The notes beneath the pieces were generated by a model that was not told the origin of the DNA, did not search any database, and saw nothing but the letters and a program-made list of their open reading frames with translations. DNA of 64,000 nucleotides from the human T2T-CHM13v2.0 reference genome, Homo sapiens. Below, piece after piece: positions 27,294 to 49,677 of this stretch (positions are counted from its first letter, which is position 1; the number at the start of each line of letters is the position of its first letter). Position numbers and translations under genes: made by a program. The DNA is taken from NCBI RefSeq assembly GCF_009914755.1, contig NC_060935.1; one strand, given 5' to 3'.

Positions 27294-28071
27294 TCTTATT
27301 CTCTACTATAAAATACTAGTAGCATCTCACATCTGCTATGCACAGATCAGCCATGTCAGTCAGTATGTTAAGTTCTTTATATGGATAACTACATTTAATT
27401 ATTGTAATGGTCTGATTTGTTGAGAGTGTCTATGTATGAAAAAAAGGAGCGGTGATCACTCTTAATTCCAACAAAAATAATTTAGCAATCATTTCTAGGA
27501 CCTAGGTAAGTGACAATTTTAATTTAGCAAGCAGAAACCAAATCAAGTACATTATCACCTGCATAGATAACACCTATATGGGCAAGCACAAATTGGTTAA
27601 TTTAGAGCAAATTATATCTAAGGTAGAACAAAAATAATAAAGAACTGATATAATTCTGCTTTTAGGCAGAATAGTCTATGGTTTTAGAAACCTCTAACTT
27701 GTATTCCAGTGGACAGCAAGTTTTCCAGAGCAGATGTAAAAATCAATGAACTTGAGATTTAAATAAATAAAAGAAAAACTGCCAAGGGCTTTCACTATTC
27801 AAGGAATGTTGATAAAACATTTCTACTTCCACAACAAGTCTACTCTTTAAAGGCTTGGGTATCCTCAATGATATCTTCAAAATACCTCAGGGAGAGAAAA
27901 CAAGAAACTTTCTTAAGATTAAATAATAACCCTGAGTCCTGAATTCTGGTTTGCCAAATAACATTCTGAAAATAAAATCCTGGGGCCAGGATCAGCACAA
28001 TGGCCTGTAAAACAGCATTTCTGTCCTCAGGACAGGACACCCAGGATGAGACAGGACAACTCTCTCTCTGT

Positions 28072-28072
<1 letters not shown>

Positions 28073-28110
<38 letters not shown>
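28073..28110. repeat. (CA)n microsatellite
   Basis: About 18 CA units after a CT tract. Confidence 0.95.
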
Positions 28111-28112
<2 letters not shown>

Positions 28113-28269
28113 CACAAACCTCTGTCCCCTAGAAAGATGGAAAGACTATCAATTTGAAATCTGGGTCAACAATAACACTGTCACCAGAACTCAGATGATA
28201 ATGAACTCCTCAGAGGTAAGCATTTCCTTGGATTCCTACCAAATAGCTCGCATCATCCTTGCCAACAGG

Positions 28270-28768
28270 ATCTTGATTTTTTTTCTGCTATGAATAAATG
28301 TGCCTGAGAGGGGATGATGGGCCAGTGAGCTCCTCCCCAGACCCATATTGTGAATCTTGGTTAGTGGAAACCAGTCATAGTAACTCCCTTCCCCTTGTCT
28401 AGTGATTTCCTTAGACCCGGCAGGACGATGCAAAAGTGGCCAATATATTGTGGGAATCCCGGTGGAAGGTTTCTTGGCAGTTCTACCTGCTTTGCTAAAA
28501 AGGTACACAAAACAGATGTGTATTTTCTGTCTCTGGTCAATGCCATGTGCTCATAATGTTGGGGACAGTCACCTTGAAGCCATGCAGGGAGCCACAGTGA
28601 AAGGACAATGAAATAAGCTGAGAAATGTACAGAGAGACAGGGAGAACCTGCTTAGTGACTGATTCCTGCAGCAGCCCTACCAGCAACCCCTTGTTATGTG
28701 AGCTAATAAATTTCTGTTATTTTAGTTGGAGTATATGGCATCTGAAGTTTATTGAGAACTACCTGACA
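28270..28768 (+). mobile_element. Old ERVL-type LTR fragment (LTR16/LTR33-like)
   Basis: cagtcaccttgaagccatg.., cttgttatgtgagctaataaatttct.., terminal cctgaca. Confidence 0.45.
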
Positions 28769-29370
28769 GAGGGTCCTGTTTGCCTTCCTTAGGCAGCCAT
28801 CCTCTTTATCACATATGATGCAGTCCACAATTCATGTTATCTTCATTTCTCAGATGCCTAAATTGAAGAACCAATGTATAAGGGTGTTGTTAACATTTGC
28901 CAAGGGAGGTTGTAGAATAATCTAACTGAAATGGCGCTGACTCCAAGGCAATACTTTACTACTACATCATGCTTATATACACAATGAAAGGGTTGCTGAC
29001 TATTTGAGGAACTGTAAGAAGTCCTAGAGTCCATAAAACAGATATAAATGTATATTTCTTTGAGAACCAAATCATGAAGTCAAAGAAATTCTAGGAGTCT
29101 CCAAATACTGGAGAGATATTGTGAACAATCCCTTGAAAATTGTGTTGTAGTAGAGATAATGTTATCTGTGCAACTTATCATGTTTTCTTCCAACATAGAA
29201 GAGGACTGCATATCCCACTCCTCCTCTTTCCTCTCTTGAGCCATGTGTTTAAAATGGAAGAAGCCTAAAATATAACAATTAGTGAAAACGCCAATTGCTT
29301 TGGAGTTACTGATTTCTGTGTGTGCAAAGGAAGTGTCTTATAATAAGTACGAGAAATGTGCTCCTTGCAG

Positions 29371-29415
29371 GATTACAGGTCTTATACTCTCAAAGCAGGT
29401 GATATCTCAGAACAG
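29371..29415 (+). other. Candidate 45-nt exon of an unknown transcript
   Basis: ctccttgcag|GATTAC...GAACAG|gtaagg; length divisible by 3, frame 1 open (DYRSYTLKAGDISEQ). Confidence 0.25.
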
Positions 29416-29724
29416 GTAAGGCAAACATCCTAAATACAATTATCTAGCATTAAAGAAATATAAAATTGATACTTTATTACCTAATTCTCCACATCAAATT
29501 CATTGTCAAAATTAATTTTATTCAAATAATACCAAGCTGGTTACCTTCATAGAACTTCTATTCTAATATGGTAGACAAGTAAGGAAGAAATACACAAATG
29601 TAGAATAAATTAGCTAGTATTTTGTAAAGACAGAAATTAACAGACCCAAGGTGTATCACTTGCAGAATGACAAGTACTGAAAATTTTTGATAGGGCTGCC
29701 TTGGAAATCTGCACACTAAAACTG

Positions 29725-32182
<2,458 letters not shown>

Positions 32183-32199
32183 GAAAAAGTTGACTTTCA

Positions 32200-32640
32200 A
32201 GTGGTGTCATGGAGGGAATGAGTGAGCTAACTATGTGGATATCTGGAGAAAGGGCTTTCTAGTAATAATAACAGCAACAAGTACAAAGTACCTAAGGCAT
32301 CTGTGTGCCTGGAAGACTTAAGGTAATGTGGATAGAGCAGGAAAAAGTAAGGGAGAAGAGCAAGAGTTGAGATCAGAGATTGAATTGGAGCCAAATCATA
32401 CAGGAATTTGTAAGTTACTCTAAGGACTTTGGCTTTCACTTTGAGTGGCATGAGAAAACTTATGAAGGTTTTCAGCAGGAGAGTGACCATGATCTGACTT
32501 TATTTTAACAAAATCATTTTGCTACTGTGTAAATGTTAGGCTAAAATGAGGCAAGGGCAGAAGCAGAAACACCAGTCAGGAAGCTGCTGCAATTACCTGG
32601 AAAATACACGACAGTGGCTTGGACATGACTGTCATTTACT
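32200..32640 (-). mobile_element. L2 fragment
   Basis: ggactttggctttcactttgag..ggttttcagcaggagagtgaccatgatctgactt. Confidence 0.8.
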
Positions 32641-32973
32641 GGTTATGAAAGTTGGTGTAATATAAAAGATTTAGGAGATTTGGGGATGCATTTGCAACAC
32701 TATTCTGTGCCCTTCTCCTTGCAAACACAACAAAACAAAGAAAAAATATGCTTTCGTTTCTCTATAAGGGATTTAGTTCCCTATTTAACTGTAAGATAAT
32801 TAAAAAAAAACAAATCTAGATAGAGTATGACATATAGGATCCTCTCTCACTGACTTGTCTTTACCCTCCTTTTCCCACTATGAAGCCATTGTAGCTGTAG
32901 GAACGAATGTTTTGCTGTTAAAAGTTCTTTCTGTTCAATTTCCACTTGGGTTACTCTTTTAAAAAAAATAAAT

Positions 32974-33250
32974 GGACCAGGCGAGGTGACTCAAGCCTGT
33001 AATCTCAGCACTTTGGGAGGCCGAGGTAGGCGGATCATGAGGTCAAGAGATGGAGACCATCTGGCCAATATGGTGAAACCCCGTCTCTACTAAAAATACA
33101 AAAATTAGCTGAGTGTGGTGGTGTGCGCTTTTAGTCCCGGCTACTCAGGAGGCTGAGGCAGGAGAATCGCTTGAAACCAGGAGGTAGAGCTTGCAGTGCA
33201 CTCCACCCTGGAGACAGAGTGAGACTCTGTCTCAAAATAAAATAAAATAA
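32974..33250 (+). mobile_element. Alu (AluSc-like) with 19-nt internal deletion
   Basis: ggatcatgaggtcaagagat; right arm reads gcagtg|cactcc. Confidence 0.92.
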
Positions 33251-33570
<320 letters not shown>

Positions 33571-33990
33571 GAATGTAGATGATCAGTGCTTAAAACAAAT
33601 TATATTTTCAACTCACCTTTACCTTTGAGCTTGTAATATTTAAATTACTAGCCAAAGGGTCACTGTTGAGACCTAGGTTCGCGTGGAACCTAGGGCAGAA
33701 ACTTCCACCATAGGTAGCAAGGATTTCACTTAAACAGAAGAATGAGACAACTGGAAATCCACTATGGAGAATTGAGGGTCAGATGCCATGGGGAACAAAT
33801 GTAAAAGCAACGCCCAAAGGTCCAGTGTGGACGATTAATTTCTGAGAACAGCAAGAGTCGGGAGGGCACCTTAATGGGAGAAAGAGGAAGTTGTAGCTAG
33901 CAAACAAGTTCAATCTGAGGTCATGGAAGTAGTTGCTGAGAATAACCTCTGGCCTGACATTGTTTCAGTGGCTATAACGTGCTTTGTGGT

Positions 33991-34025
33991 TGTGTGTGTG
34001 TGTGTGTGTGTGGTGTGTGTGTGTG
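33991..34025. repeat. (TG)n microsatellite
   Basis: Interrupted TG run. Confidence 0.9.
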
Positions 34026-34894
34026 CATGTCTGCATGGATATAAGTTTTTCTGGCTTAAAGTGCCAGTAGCAAGCCTCAAGCCTCAGATTAGAGATAAAA
34101 CAGATAAAACTGCATGCCTGGTTGTTAATGCATTAATGAATATTTAAATAGAATGCACCCCAAGGAGCAAAATCACACACCTTTTACAATGTGTAATGTG
34201 GTTAGATGTGTTTCCACATTAGAGTTATACACATCTAATATAGCATACAGACAAAAAAATCAGTGTAAATGGGTAGTTCACTCATGGAAACATCTAAAAC
34301 AGATATTTTATGAAACCAAGGTGGGGGTGGGTGGGTATTGGAATCCACTGCCTGCTGTTTTTCTGATTTGTTCCTAAGCTTATTAGAAGCTCTGCACCTC
34401 CTCCAGGGGATGAATCTCATCTTCAGACAATGTTAAACTCATTCTCTTGAGCAGAGGTGAAAAAGCTATTTCCCCACTGGAGTTTTCAAAGGCAAACATT
34501 TCCTGCAGGAAATCAAACAATTCTAGACTTGACAAGGAAGCTAGGTATATTCAGTTCAGCAAGTAGCTGCCCGTGGGAAACCCCGTACACCTTCATACAC
34601 AGCCTCAGGCCTCTCCTGGGGATGACAAAGCCATTAGTTTTTAAAAGGACAAGGTCTTGACAAACCAGCTTGCTTGCTGCAAATGCTAGCATTGTCAAAA
34701 CAGGAAGAGATAATCTTGGATGATGAAGATCGGCGCCTAGAGCTGCTTGATTTCCGGATTAGCACATATATGAGTATGTCTATTTTCCCTTCTTCTGAAA
34801 CTAACATACCTGATAACATAAGGCTCTGAATTCTGAGTTTCTGATTTTGGCAATTTGTATTTTGGGATTATTGGTTTTTTCTTTCAAATTTTCT

Positions 34895-35400
34895 CAGCCA
34901 TTTATTTAAAAAATATTTGAATACCAAGCATCTGTCACACTTGATGGGCTTAACTATATTCTATGGGACAAGAAGCCACAAGCCCTGCCATTTGGTCTTA
35001 AATCCTAGTGCTAAGCAAAGGTAATAAATCAGTAAACAAGCGCAACACAAACCATGCTAAGAGCTATGAAGGAAATGAGAAGGGAGATGAATGAAAAAGG
35101 GAAGATTCCTTTAAGTAGGAAGGTCAGGAACAGTTTTTGAGGATGTCGCTTCTAAATTTTGATCTATGTGCTGAAAAGAACACAACCATTTGAAGAGCAG
35201 CAGGGAGATGTGTGAGCCAAGGGAACAAATGTAAAGGCTCACAGGCCGGAAGCTGAAACAAAGTCTGTGTGGTGGCAGCTGAGCAAGGAAGAAGAAGACT
35301 GGCCTAAGAGGAGGCTGGATCAAGTCCAGGGTCAGATGACATTAGACCCTTTAGAGAGTGTAAGAGGTTGAGATAGTATGCACAGAACAATAAGCAGACA
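34895..35400 (-). mobile_element. L2 fragment (degenerate)
   Basis: catttattt..aatatttgaatacc.., agccctgcc.., purine-rich L2 antisense body. Confidence 0.55.
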
Positions 35401-35842
35401 AATCGTTGCAAGTAGGTAGCAATGCTTTCTGTTTACTCACTGACGCCTTGTCTTGTGAAAAATCCTTTCTCTGTTATTTTACTTTCTTTAGCCTGACCAG
35501 TCTCTCCATTCCTTCCTTAGAATAGTGATTCGCTGACAGAGAGGAAAAGAGAGTTGATTTTTACAATAATCCTGGCTTATGAGAATGAAAATGCCTTTTC
35601 CAGAAACGATAACTGAAAATGTGAATCGGGAAACAACAGGAGTTGGTAAAGATACCATTCGAAATATGATTTTGAAAAAAACAAAAAACACATTCTGTAA
35701 GGAGGCTCTTCTAACAGAACATCTCCCATTCCATACCTTTCTGAGCTCTCCAAAGATTATTTGATTTGTTGTAAATTTCTCCTTGCTCAGAAATTCCCAC
35801 ACTTGGCAGATCATCAGAATCTCTTGGGTACCTTAAAAATAC

Positions 35843-35847
<5 letters not shown>

Positions 35848-35878
<31 letters not shown>

Positions 35879-35899
35879 CTCTCTCTCTGACACACACAC
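35848..35899. repeat. (CA)n(CT)n compound microsatellite
   Basis: Directly visible. Confidence 0.95.
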
Positions 35900-37469
35900 G
35901 TGCAAACATACAAAAAAAAGAGGTTATTCCTGGCCTAAAAATTCTACTCCTGAGGTATTGCTCACCTTGGCTTCTATTGTTTCTGAGGCATACTCAAGGG
36001 GGATTCATGACCTCCTACAGTCTATCTGCCTCTAATCTGTTTCACCACAATCCAACCTCCACTCTGCCAACAGACTAGCTTATAAATAAGAAATCTAGTA
36101 ATATTACTCATCTATTCAAAAACGGTATTTTATTCCATACAAAATCAATTCAAAACCACTTGAGAGGTCATTCTGCATAGCTCCATCTTCAACATCATCT
36201 TCATCATAGTTCATGATTATAATAAAAAAGTGTAAGAGGAAGCCTGACAGGTATTGTTTTATTTTATTTTTATTTTTATTTTTTCTCTTTGTTTAAACAG
36301 AAAAGCAGAGCAGTTAATGATAGCACATTGAGCAGTGATTAGGTGACCCGAAGCTCACATATAAAGGAATTATCTAGAAAGAATATTTGTTGATCTGAAT
36401 CTGCACTTGCTTACTTGAAAAGTTTATTGGCCCAGAGTCAAACTTCTGATAATTGCCTGCCATTTAGATAATGATGTAACTTCATATATGTTTTAATTAT
36501 ATAAAGGGTACTCTATATATTTCTGTTATATTTTAATGCATCCTCAATATTGAAAGTTCAAGCAATATAGAAGTATATAGAACCAAGAGTAGAAGGGTAC
36601 CTTATAGTCTTGCCAATTATCTCACTTTTCTTAGAAGAAATAACAAGTAAGACTTTGCTTATATCTTTCCAGATTTTTCAAAATTTACATAAATAAATAT
36701 ATACAATACAAATAAAATGGTCATGTTGTTTTGCTGTTTCTTTTTCCAGTTAATAATGGGTGTGTGTGTGTGTGTGTATGTGTGTCTGTGTGTGATGTAT
36801 TTCATAAGGTAATATATTTCAGTCTTTTTAACTCTTTTCTATTTCATAATATGGAATATCAAAATCCACTTAGTCTTTTACTGATGGATATTAAAGTTGA
36901 TTCTAATTACTCAGTATCATGAATGAACATGAATCCTTTCACATTTATTTTTATTTACACTAAAAAACAAATATTGGAATTTCTTATATATCTGTTATAT
37001 CCACTTTCTTCTCCCTAGTTTTATTATTTGAATTCTCTGTCTCTCACTACTTCCCTCTACCTCTTTCTCCTCCTTTTGCTCTTTCTCATTAGACTTACGA
37101 AAAATTACCTTTAATAATTTCTTTTGAAACACTTCAAATTCTTTTATAATTTTTTCAAAACACTAATAAAAGTTATTTTATTAATCAAATATTGACTTGT
37201 TTTCTTTCTATATGTTCTTTCTTCTAATACTTTGGGTTTGTTGTGCAGATGTCATTTACTCTTTTGCTTTCTAATAATTTTATTCATCTATATTTTATTC
37301 TATTATTAATCAAATAATATGCAGTGAGCTGATTGCTTTCTATTCCTAAATAGTTGGCTATCTTTTAAATTTTGTTTTGTACCCAATTATTGTGATGGGC
37401 CTAAAAGAAAAAGTAAATTTGTTACATTTGAGTGTTTTTTTTCTTTTTGCCTTTTTTGGTCCATTTCTA

Positions 37470-37956
37470 ATTTTTTCAATTTACTAAAGTATAATTGACA
37501 AATAAACATGTATGTTTCAAAATATACAATGTGAAAATTTGACTTAGATATACATAGTGAAATGATTATCACCATCAAATTAATTAACACATCCTCATCT
37601 TAAGAGATGAGGACCCTTAAGATCTACATTCTTGGCAAATTTCAAGTAAACTATGTAACATTATTAATTATTGTCGGCATGCTATGTGTAAGCCTACGAA
37701 GGCTTACTCATATTATAACTGAAAGTTTGTACCTTGTGACCATCTGTCTCCATTTCCCCAACTCTCCAGCCCCTTGCAAACTCCATTCCACTCTCTGCTT
37801 CTGAGTTTGACCTGTTTTAGATTTCACAACTAAGTAAGATCATACGGTATTTGTTTTCCTGTGTCTGGCTTATTTCACTCAGCGTAGTGTCCTACAAATT
37901 CATGCATATTGTCACAAAAGATAGAATTTTCTTTTTTATATGGCTGAATAATATTC

Positions 37957-38005
<49 letters not shown>

Positions 38006-38905
38006 AAATTTTCTTCCATTCATCCATTGATGGACAGTTAGGTTGTCTCCATATGTTGGCTATTGTGGATAATGTTGCAATGAATATGAGGTTGCAGATA
38101 TCTCTTTTAATTTGAGGAACCTCTATATTGTTTTCCATAATGGCTATATCAATTTATATTCCCACCAAAAGTGTAGCGGGTTCATTTTTCTCCACAACGT
38201 TAACACCTTTTATGTCTTGTCTTTTTCACAATAGCCATCCTAACAGATGTGAAGTCATACTTCATTGTGATTTTTTTATTTTCATTTCCTTGATTTTTAT
38301 TAATGTTAGGCATCTTTTCATAGGCCTATTGGCCATTTGTATGTTTTTTTTTTGGAAAAATGTCTACTCAGGTCCTTTGCACATTTTAAAAACTAGATCA
38401 TTATGATTTGCTATTGAGTTTTTTGAGCTTCTTATGTATTTTGGATATTAATCCCTTATCAGATAAAGCATCTGCAAATATTTTCTCCCATTCTGTAAGT
38501 TGCCCTTTCATTTTGTTGATTATATTATTTGCTGCACAGAAGCTTTTCAGTTGGATATATCCCACTTGTTTATTTTTGCTTTTGTTTCCTGTCCTTCTGG
38601 TGTCATATCCAAAATAACATTGCCAAGACCATGCCAAAAAACTTTTTCATTATGTTTTCTTTTGGAAGTTTTACAGTTTCAGGTGTTGCATTTAAGTCTT
38701 TAATAAATTTCAAGTTAATTTTTGTGTATAAAAGTCCAATTTGATTCATTTGCATATGAATATTCAGCTTTCCCAAACAACACTATTTATTGAAAAAAAT
38801 GTCTTTTCCCCATTGTGTATTTTTGGTGCCTTGTCAAAGTTTATTGACAGTATCTGCATGGGTTTATTTCTGGGTTCTCTATTTTGTTTCATTGGTTGGT
38901 GTACC
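37470..38905 (-). mobile_element. L1MA/L1MB-type 3' fragment with internal (TG)n at ~37960-38002
   Basis: agtataattgacaaat.. 3' UTR; ORF2 C-terminal remnants (IQLKSFCAANNIINKMKGQLTEWEKIFA..DKGLISKI). Confidence 0.9.
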
Positions 38906-39234
38906 AATTTCTAATTTTTACAAGCAAGAATTCTTACATGAAATAGGCCTAAATCCTCAATTTGTGACAATCCTACCCCCACCAGATAAAAGAAAAAAAG
39001 CAAAAAGCAAAACTTGACAGAAGATAAAGAATGTTCACTTCATTAAGATCTGATTAATTCTGTAGACATTGATAGAATAGATCAGGGTAAACCCTGACAT
39101 CAGTTTTCTCTATGGGTTTAAGAGCAACTTTTTATTTCATTCTGAGCAGAGCAATGAATGGGGATTAGCCTAAAATCTTGGAAGGAGATAGGAGAATCCA
39201 CATTCATTTGTGGAACATCATATAGGAAGAAATG

Positions 39235-39720
39235 TTGTCATTCTTTCAACAAATATTTATTGAGCGGTATGTTTCTAGACACTTGGGATTTATTAGCACA
39301 AATGGACAGAAAAATAATTCCTGTCCATATAGAGTATAGGTTTTATTAGAAAATCTATATAATAAATAATGAACAGAATACGTCAATTATAAGGTATTTT
39401 GAAAGGTGATAGGTGCTGTGGATTAAGGAAAGAGAGATAAGTATTCCTAAGTGCAATTTTAAAATAAGGCAGCCAGGATAGCACTCAGCATTAGCGTTGA
39501 GAATTGAGGAAACAAATATCTGGAGAAAGAGAATCCTGGGCAGAGGAAGAAGAAAGTTCCAAGGCTTTGTGGTGGGGGGTATTATAGAGGACCCAAGAGG
39601 AGACCAGAGTGCTAGAAGAACTGAGCAGGGCAGGACACATTGGGAGATGAGATCAGAGAGTTTGACAGGAGATGGGAAGCTATGTGAGGACTTGCATGTA
39701 ATGAAAACTTGTGATCCATA
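39235..39720 (-). mobile_element. L2 3' fragment
   Basis: cattctttcaacaaatatttattgagc terminus. Confidence 0.8.
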
Positions 39721-41839
39721 AATATTTTTAAAATTAAAAATTTTTCTGAAGGTATTTTGGCACAAGCATCCCTACTTGGATTTAAATAGTAAAAATGCCT
39801 TCCTTTCTTAAATTAATAATTCAAGAATGTTGATGCTCTGACACAATCCTCCACTGAAGCCTGGGTTTTCCTATTTTCCCTTGAGCACCTTGGAGATAGG
39901 AAAAATGTGAAGATCTGCAGATTCACAAGTCTACTGTTATAGCAAAAATGCCAAGGGGTTTAGATAACAGGCCAACTTTGGCCATGAACAGTTCCAAGGG
40001 TTTCCGTACTATTTTACCTTCTTCTCTGTCTTCCCACTGTTGGCAGCTTCTCCTGTAACGTAATCATCCGAAGATGTCATACACTTCTGAAGTAGTGCCA
40101 GACATCAATATGGCCTTTTAATTAAATATGGACAATGACTTGTTTCCAGCAGTCCCACTGCAGACAACTTATTGATTTGCTTTTTACTGTAGCATTTATA
40201 AAATGTGCCAGATTGATAGCCAAGCTGACTTGAGACTTTTTTCCTTTTTCCGTGACTTTCTACTATGGAACCTACCTAGCTAGAGCCTCAGCAAATCCTT
40301 CGACTTTTCCTCAATCCAGAATACATAGTATCCACATTAAATAAAATGAGGTGTTCACAAATACAAAATTTAAAAATAATTAGTTAAGATCAGATGTCAG
40401 GTACAGTGTAGATAGGAGACTAATAGCCTCATGATGTCAGAAATTATGACTGTTTATTTCACCACAACATACAGGTGCCTACATAGGAACTGATTATATA
40501 GTTTTGGAATAAATTAATAGATAAAAAGTAGATATGTTTTTACAATAAGACAAGTGACAATTTGAGTATTGTTTTCTATCTAATTAATTCTATGACATTG
40601 GCCATTGCATATAATTTCTCTTTGGCTTAGTCTTCATCTGTAAAATGGGCATAACAGTGCCACTTGATTGACTTATTGTGATAATTAAATATATTGAATA
40701 CTTTGATACATGTAGAAAACAGCCTATGCATTTACTCTTGCCACTTCTGTGCTCCATTCTTATTTCCTTGAAGAAATACCCACATATGTCTTTTCACACA
40801 ATTCTGCATGTAAAATATCTTACCGAGTGCCTTAGTGTGCTTGTTGACATCCTGTTTATTGTTGAAGGCCTGTCTCCTATGAGTGGCCTCCCCACGCCTC
40901 TCAGTGTGCCCAGAACTTCATTTGCAGCTGCCTACACTGCCTCTTGCTGGCTAGAGCCTCCTGCATATGAAAATCCCTGAAGTCAAGGTATTCTGTTGGC
41001 AGAGTTTTCCATTGGGACTTCTTTTCCTTACTCAGTATGCAGTAAAAGCAAAACAAAACAAAGTGTTAAATTAAAATAATTGTGTAAAATTATGTATGTA
41101 CATCTGGCTTTTAGACTCCAAATTACTATACATTGCCCATTGATAACCAGCTTTTCCTATATCATAATCAGACTTCCATGAATCAGCTGAAAAACAGGGA
41201 TTTCGAGAACATGGCAGAATATCCTGTCACTTGAACATTTATTTACTTTTGGAAGTGTCACTTGTGGGCAAGCTTTTTCAATTCAATATTCCTTAGAGTC
41301 TTGTCCTTCAAAATGAGTTAAAAATTGTACTTAATTCATACAGTTGTTGTGAGAACTATATAAGTTAATATTTCTAAGGAACTTGGAATGATTCCCAGCC
41401 CATAGTGAATACTCGTATATAATTGTTGTGATTATTATCTTTATTTGCTATTATCTTCATTTTGAGGTGAGCCTATTAAGCATTTGATTGTACTACAGCA
41501 TTGTAATTAAGATTAAAGTGACTCTAACTTGTGGTTCTCTACAAATAGAAATTATTTAGTAATTGGCCAAGATGGAAAAATTGGGAAAAACTTCTTTAAC
41601 AGATCAATGTCCAGCCTGATGTTGCCTGAATTCCTACCCTTGATTCTGTGCCCATTTTCTGCCCTTCTCCATATGTACCCTATGCCCCAGGCATTGTGTT
41701 TCCTAAGGAAGACTCTCATCATTTTCACCATCCATTAAGTCCATCTGATCACTCCTTACCTGTACTACAAAACGTCCTTCATGGCATTCTCCAGTGAGCC
41801 TTTTGTGGCCACCTCTATTTATCTCAGTCTCATTTTAGT

Positions 41840-42090
41840 GGAAGTGTATTGGTGAGAGCTCAGAGTCTGGCATTAAGTGGAAGAGGCCTCCATCCTACTT
41901 CTGCCATTTATCAGCCACATGGTGTAGAGTAAGTTAGTTAACATCTCCAAGTCTTACATCTCAATGTGTCCATATATGAAATGCACATACTTCTTAGAGT
42001 TGGTGTGAAGATACAGTGAGAGAATATATGTAAGTGCTTAATAAGATGTCTGCATAGAGAAGAGTGCTTTATAAATATTAGCCATTTAGT
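41840..42090 (+). mobile_element. MIR
   Basis: ctctgccattta..agtaagttagttaacatctc..gttggtgtgaagat..aatatatgtaagtgctta. Confidence 0.6.
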
Positions 42091-42339
42091 GGTCACTTTA
42101 TTTGCCTTACTTCTTGACTTTCATAATATTTACCACTTTGCAAACACTATAATCATCCATAAGTATATCAATATATATGCCCATCTCTAATACTATCTGA
42201 TATACAAGAGGCCCTTAGTAAAGATTTTTGTATGAAGAAATGAATGAATGAGCTCCCTGTCTCAATTCTGTAAAGCATTGCGGTTTGGCAATGTCAAACC
42301 TCAGGCTGGCAATGTCAAGCACTGAGACTCCTGAAGTAG

Positions 42340-42521
42340 AATTTTTAGATCTAGCAAATAAAAATACAGGGACTTAGCTAAATTTGAACCTCACGTGAAA
42401 AGCAAATTATTTTTAGTGAAAGTATGACCCATACAACATTCAAGATATACTTATATAAAAATTTATTTGTTGTTAGCAGAGATTCCAGTGTAACTGTCTC
42501 ACACTTTAATTGGCAACCCTT
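42340..42521. mobile_element. MER53 palindromic hAT-type MITE
   Basis: agatctagcaaataaaaatacagg..aaatttgaa..tttttagt..agtatg.ccat..tacttata.aaaaattta..ggcaaccct. Confidence 0.8.
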
Positions 42522-42704
42522 AACAGAAGCCAATTTCAAATCCATATGTCTTTGTGTTCCCATACCATGAATGAGAACGGGATTCAAGTCCATCTATGTG
42601 ACATCCAGTTAAGTTCATGATAAACAAAAACAGGATTTAACAATATATTATCCATCTACTAGATTTAGCAGTCAGGAAAACTGTTTTTTTAGGTTGTATT
42701 TAAA

Positions 42705-49208
<6,504 letters not shown>

Positions 49209-49677
49209 ATTTATTTTGAAGTGGTCATTAATATCAAATAAACGTTCATTTCTTACAATATACTGAGGTGGACTGTGGGGTTCTTTTCTTTCTGTTGAGG
49301 CAGTAATCAAGTGCTGCATAAAAACTTCCAAAATTACAAGTGCAAGACTACGCTAGCTTCAGGGCAGAGGTAACTGTGATCTTCATTTCTCCCTTTTATT
49401 TGATCTGTCCTAGGGAAGAAGCATAGTCTATGGGCCAGTCCTGCTTACCTCAAGCCACTTCATGTGGGAAGCTAATTAGCTGGTGGGTTTATTACTCACG
49501 TCTCTGGCATCAATGACATATTCTTTGATATAATTTAGTACTCACATGTTTTCAATCTGTAAATATCCAGCATAAGTTATTGCAGCATGCAATATGTAGG
49601 TTCTACATGTGTCTTGTTTAATTGTTTACTTCTAGCTACTAGCAAAGTTTTGAGGTCAATAAATAGTCAATCAATAA

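Noticed and set aside
26237-29420. Shared 17-mer atct(t/c)agaacaggtaag at two candidate donors
   Set aside because: A 16/17 match is expected by chance among all position pairs in 64 kb of AT-rich DNA, and similarity barely extends
42286-42318. 12-bp direct repeat tggcaatgtcaa with 21-bp period
   Set aside because: Most simply a small local tandem duplication; no other support
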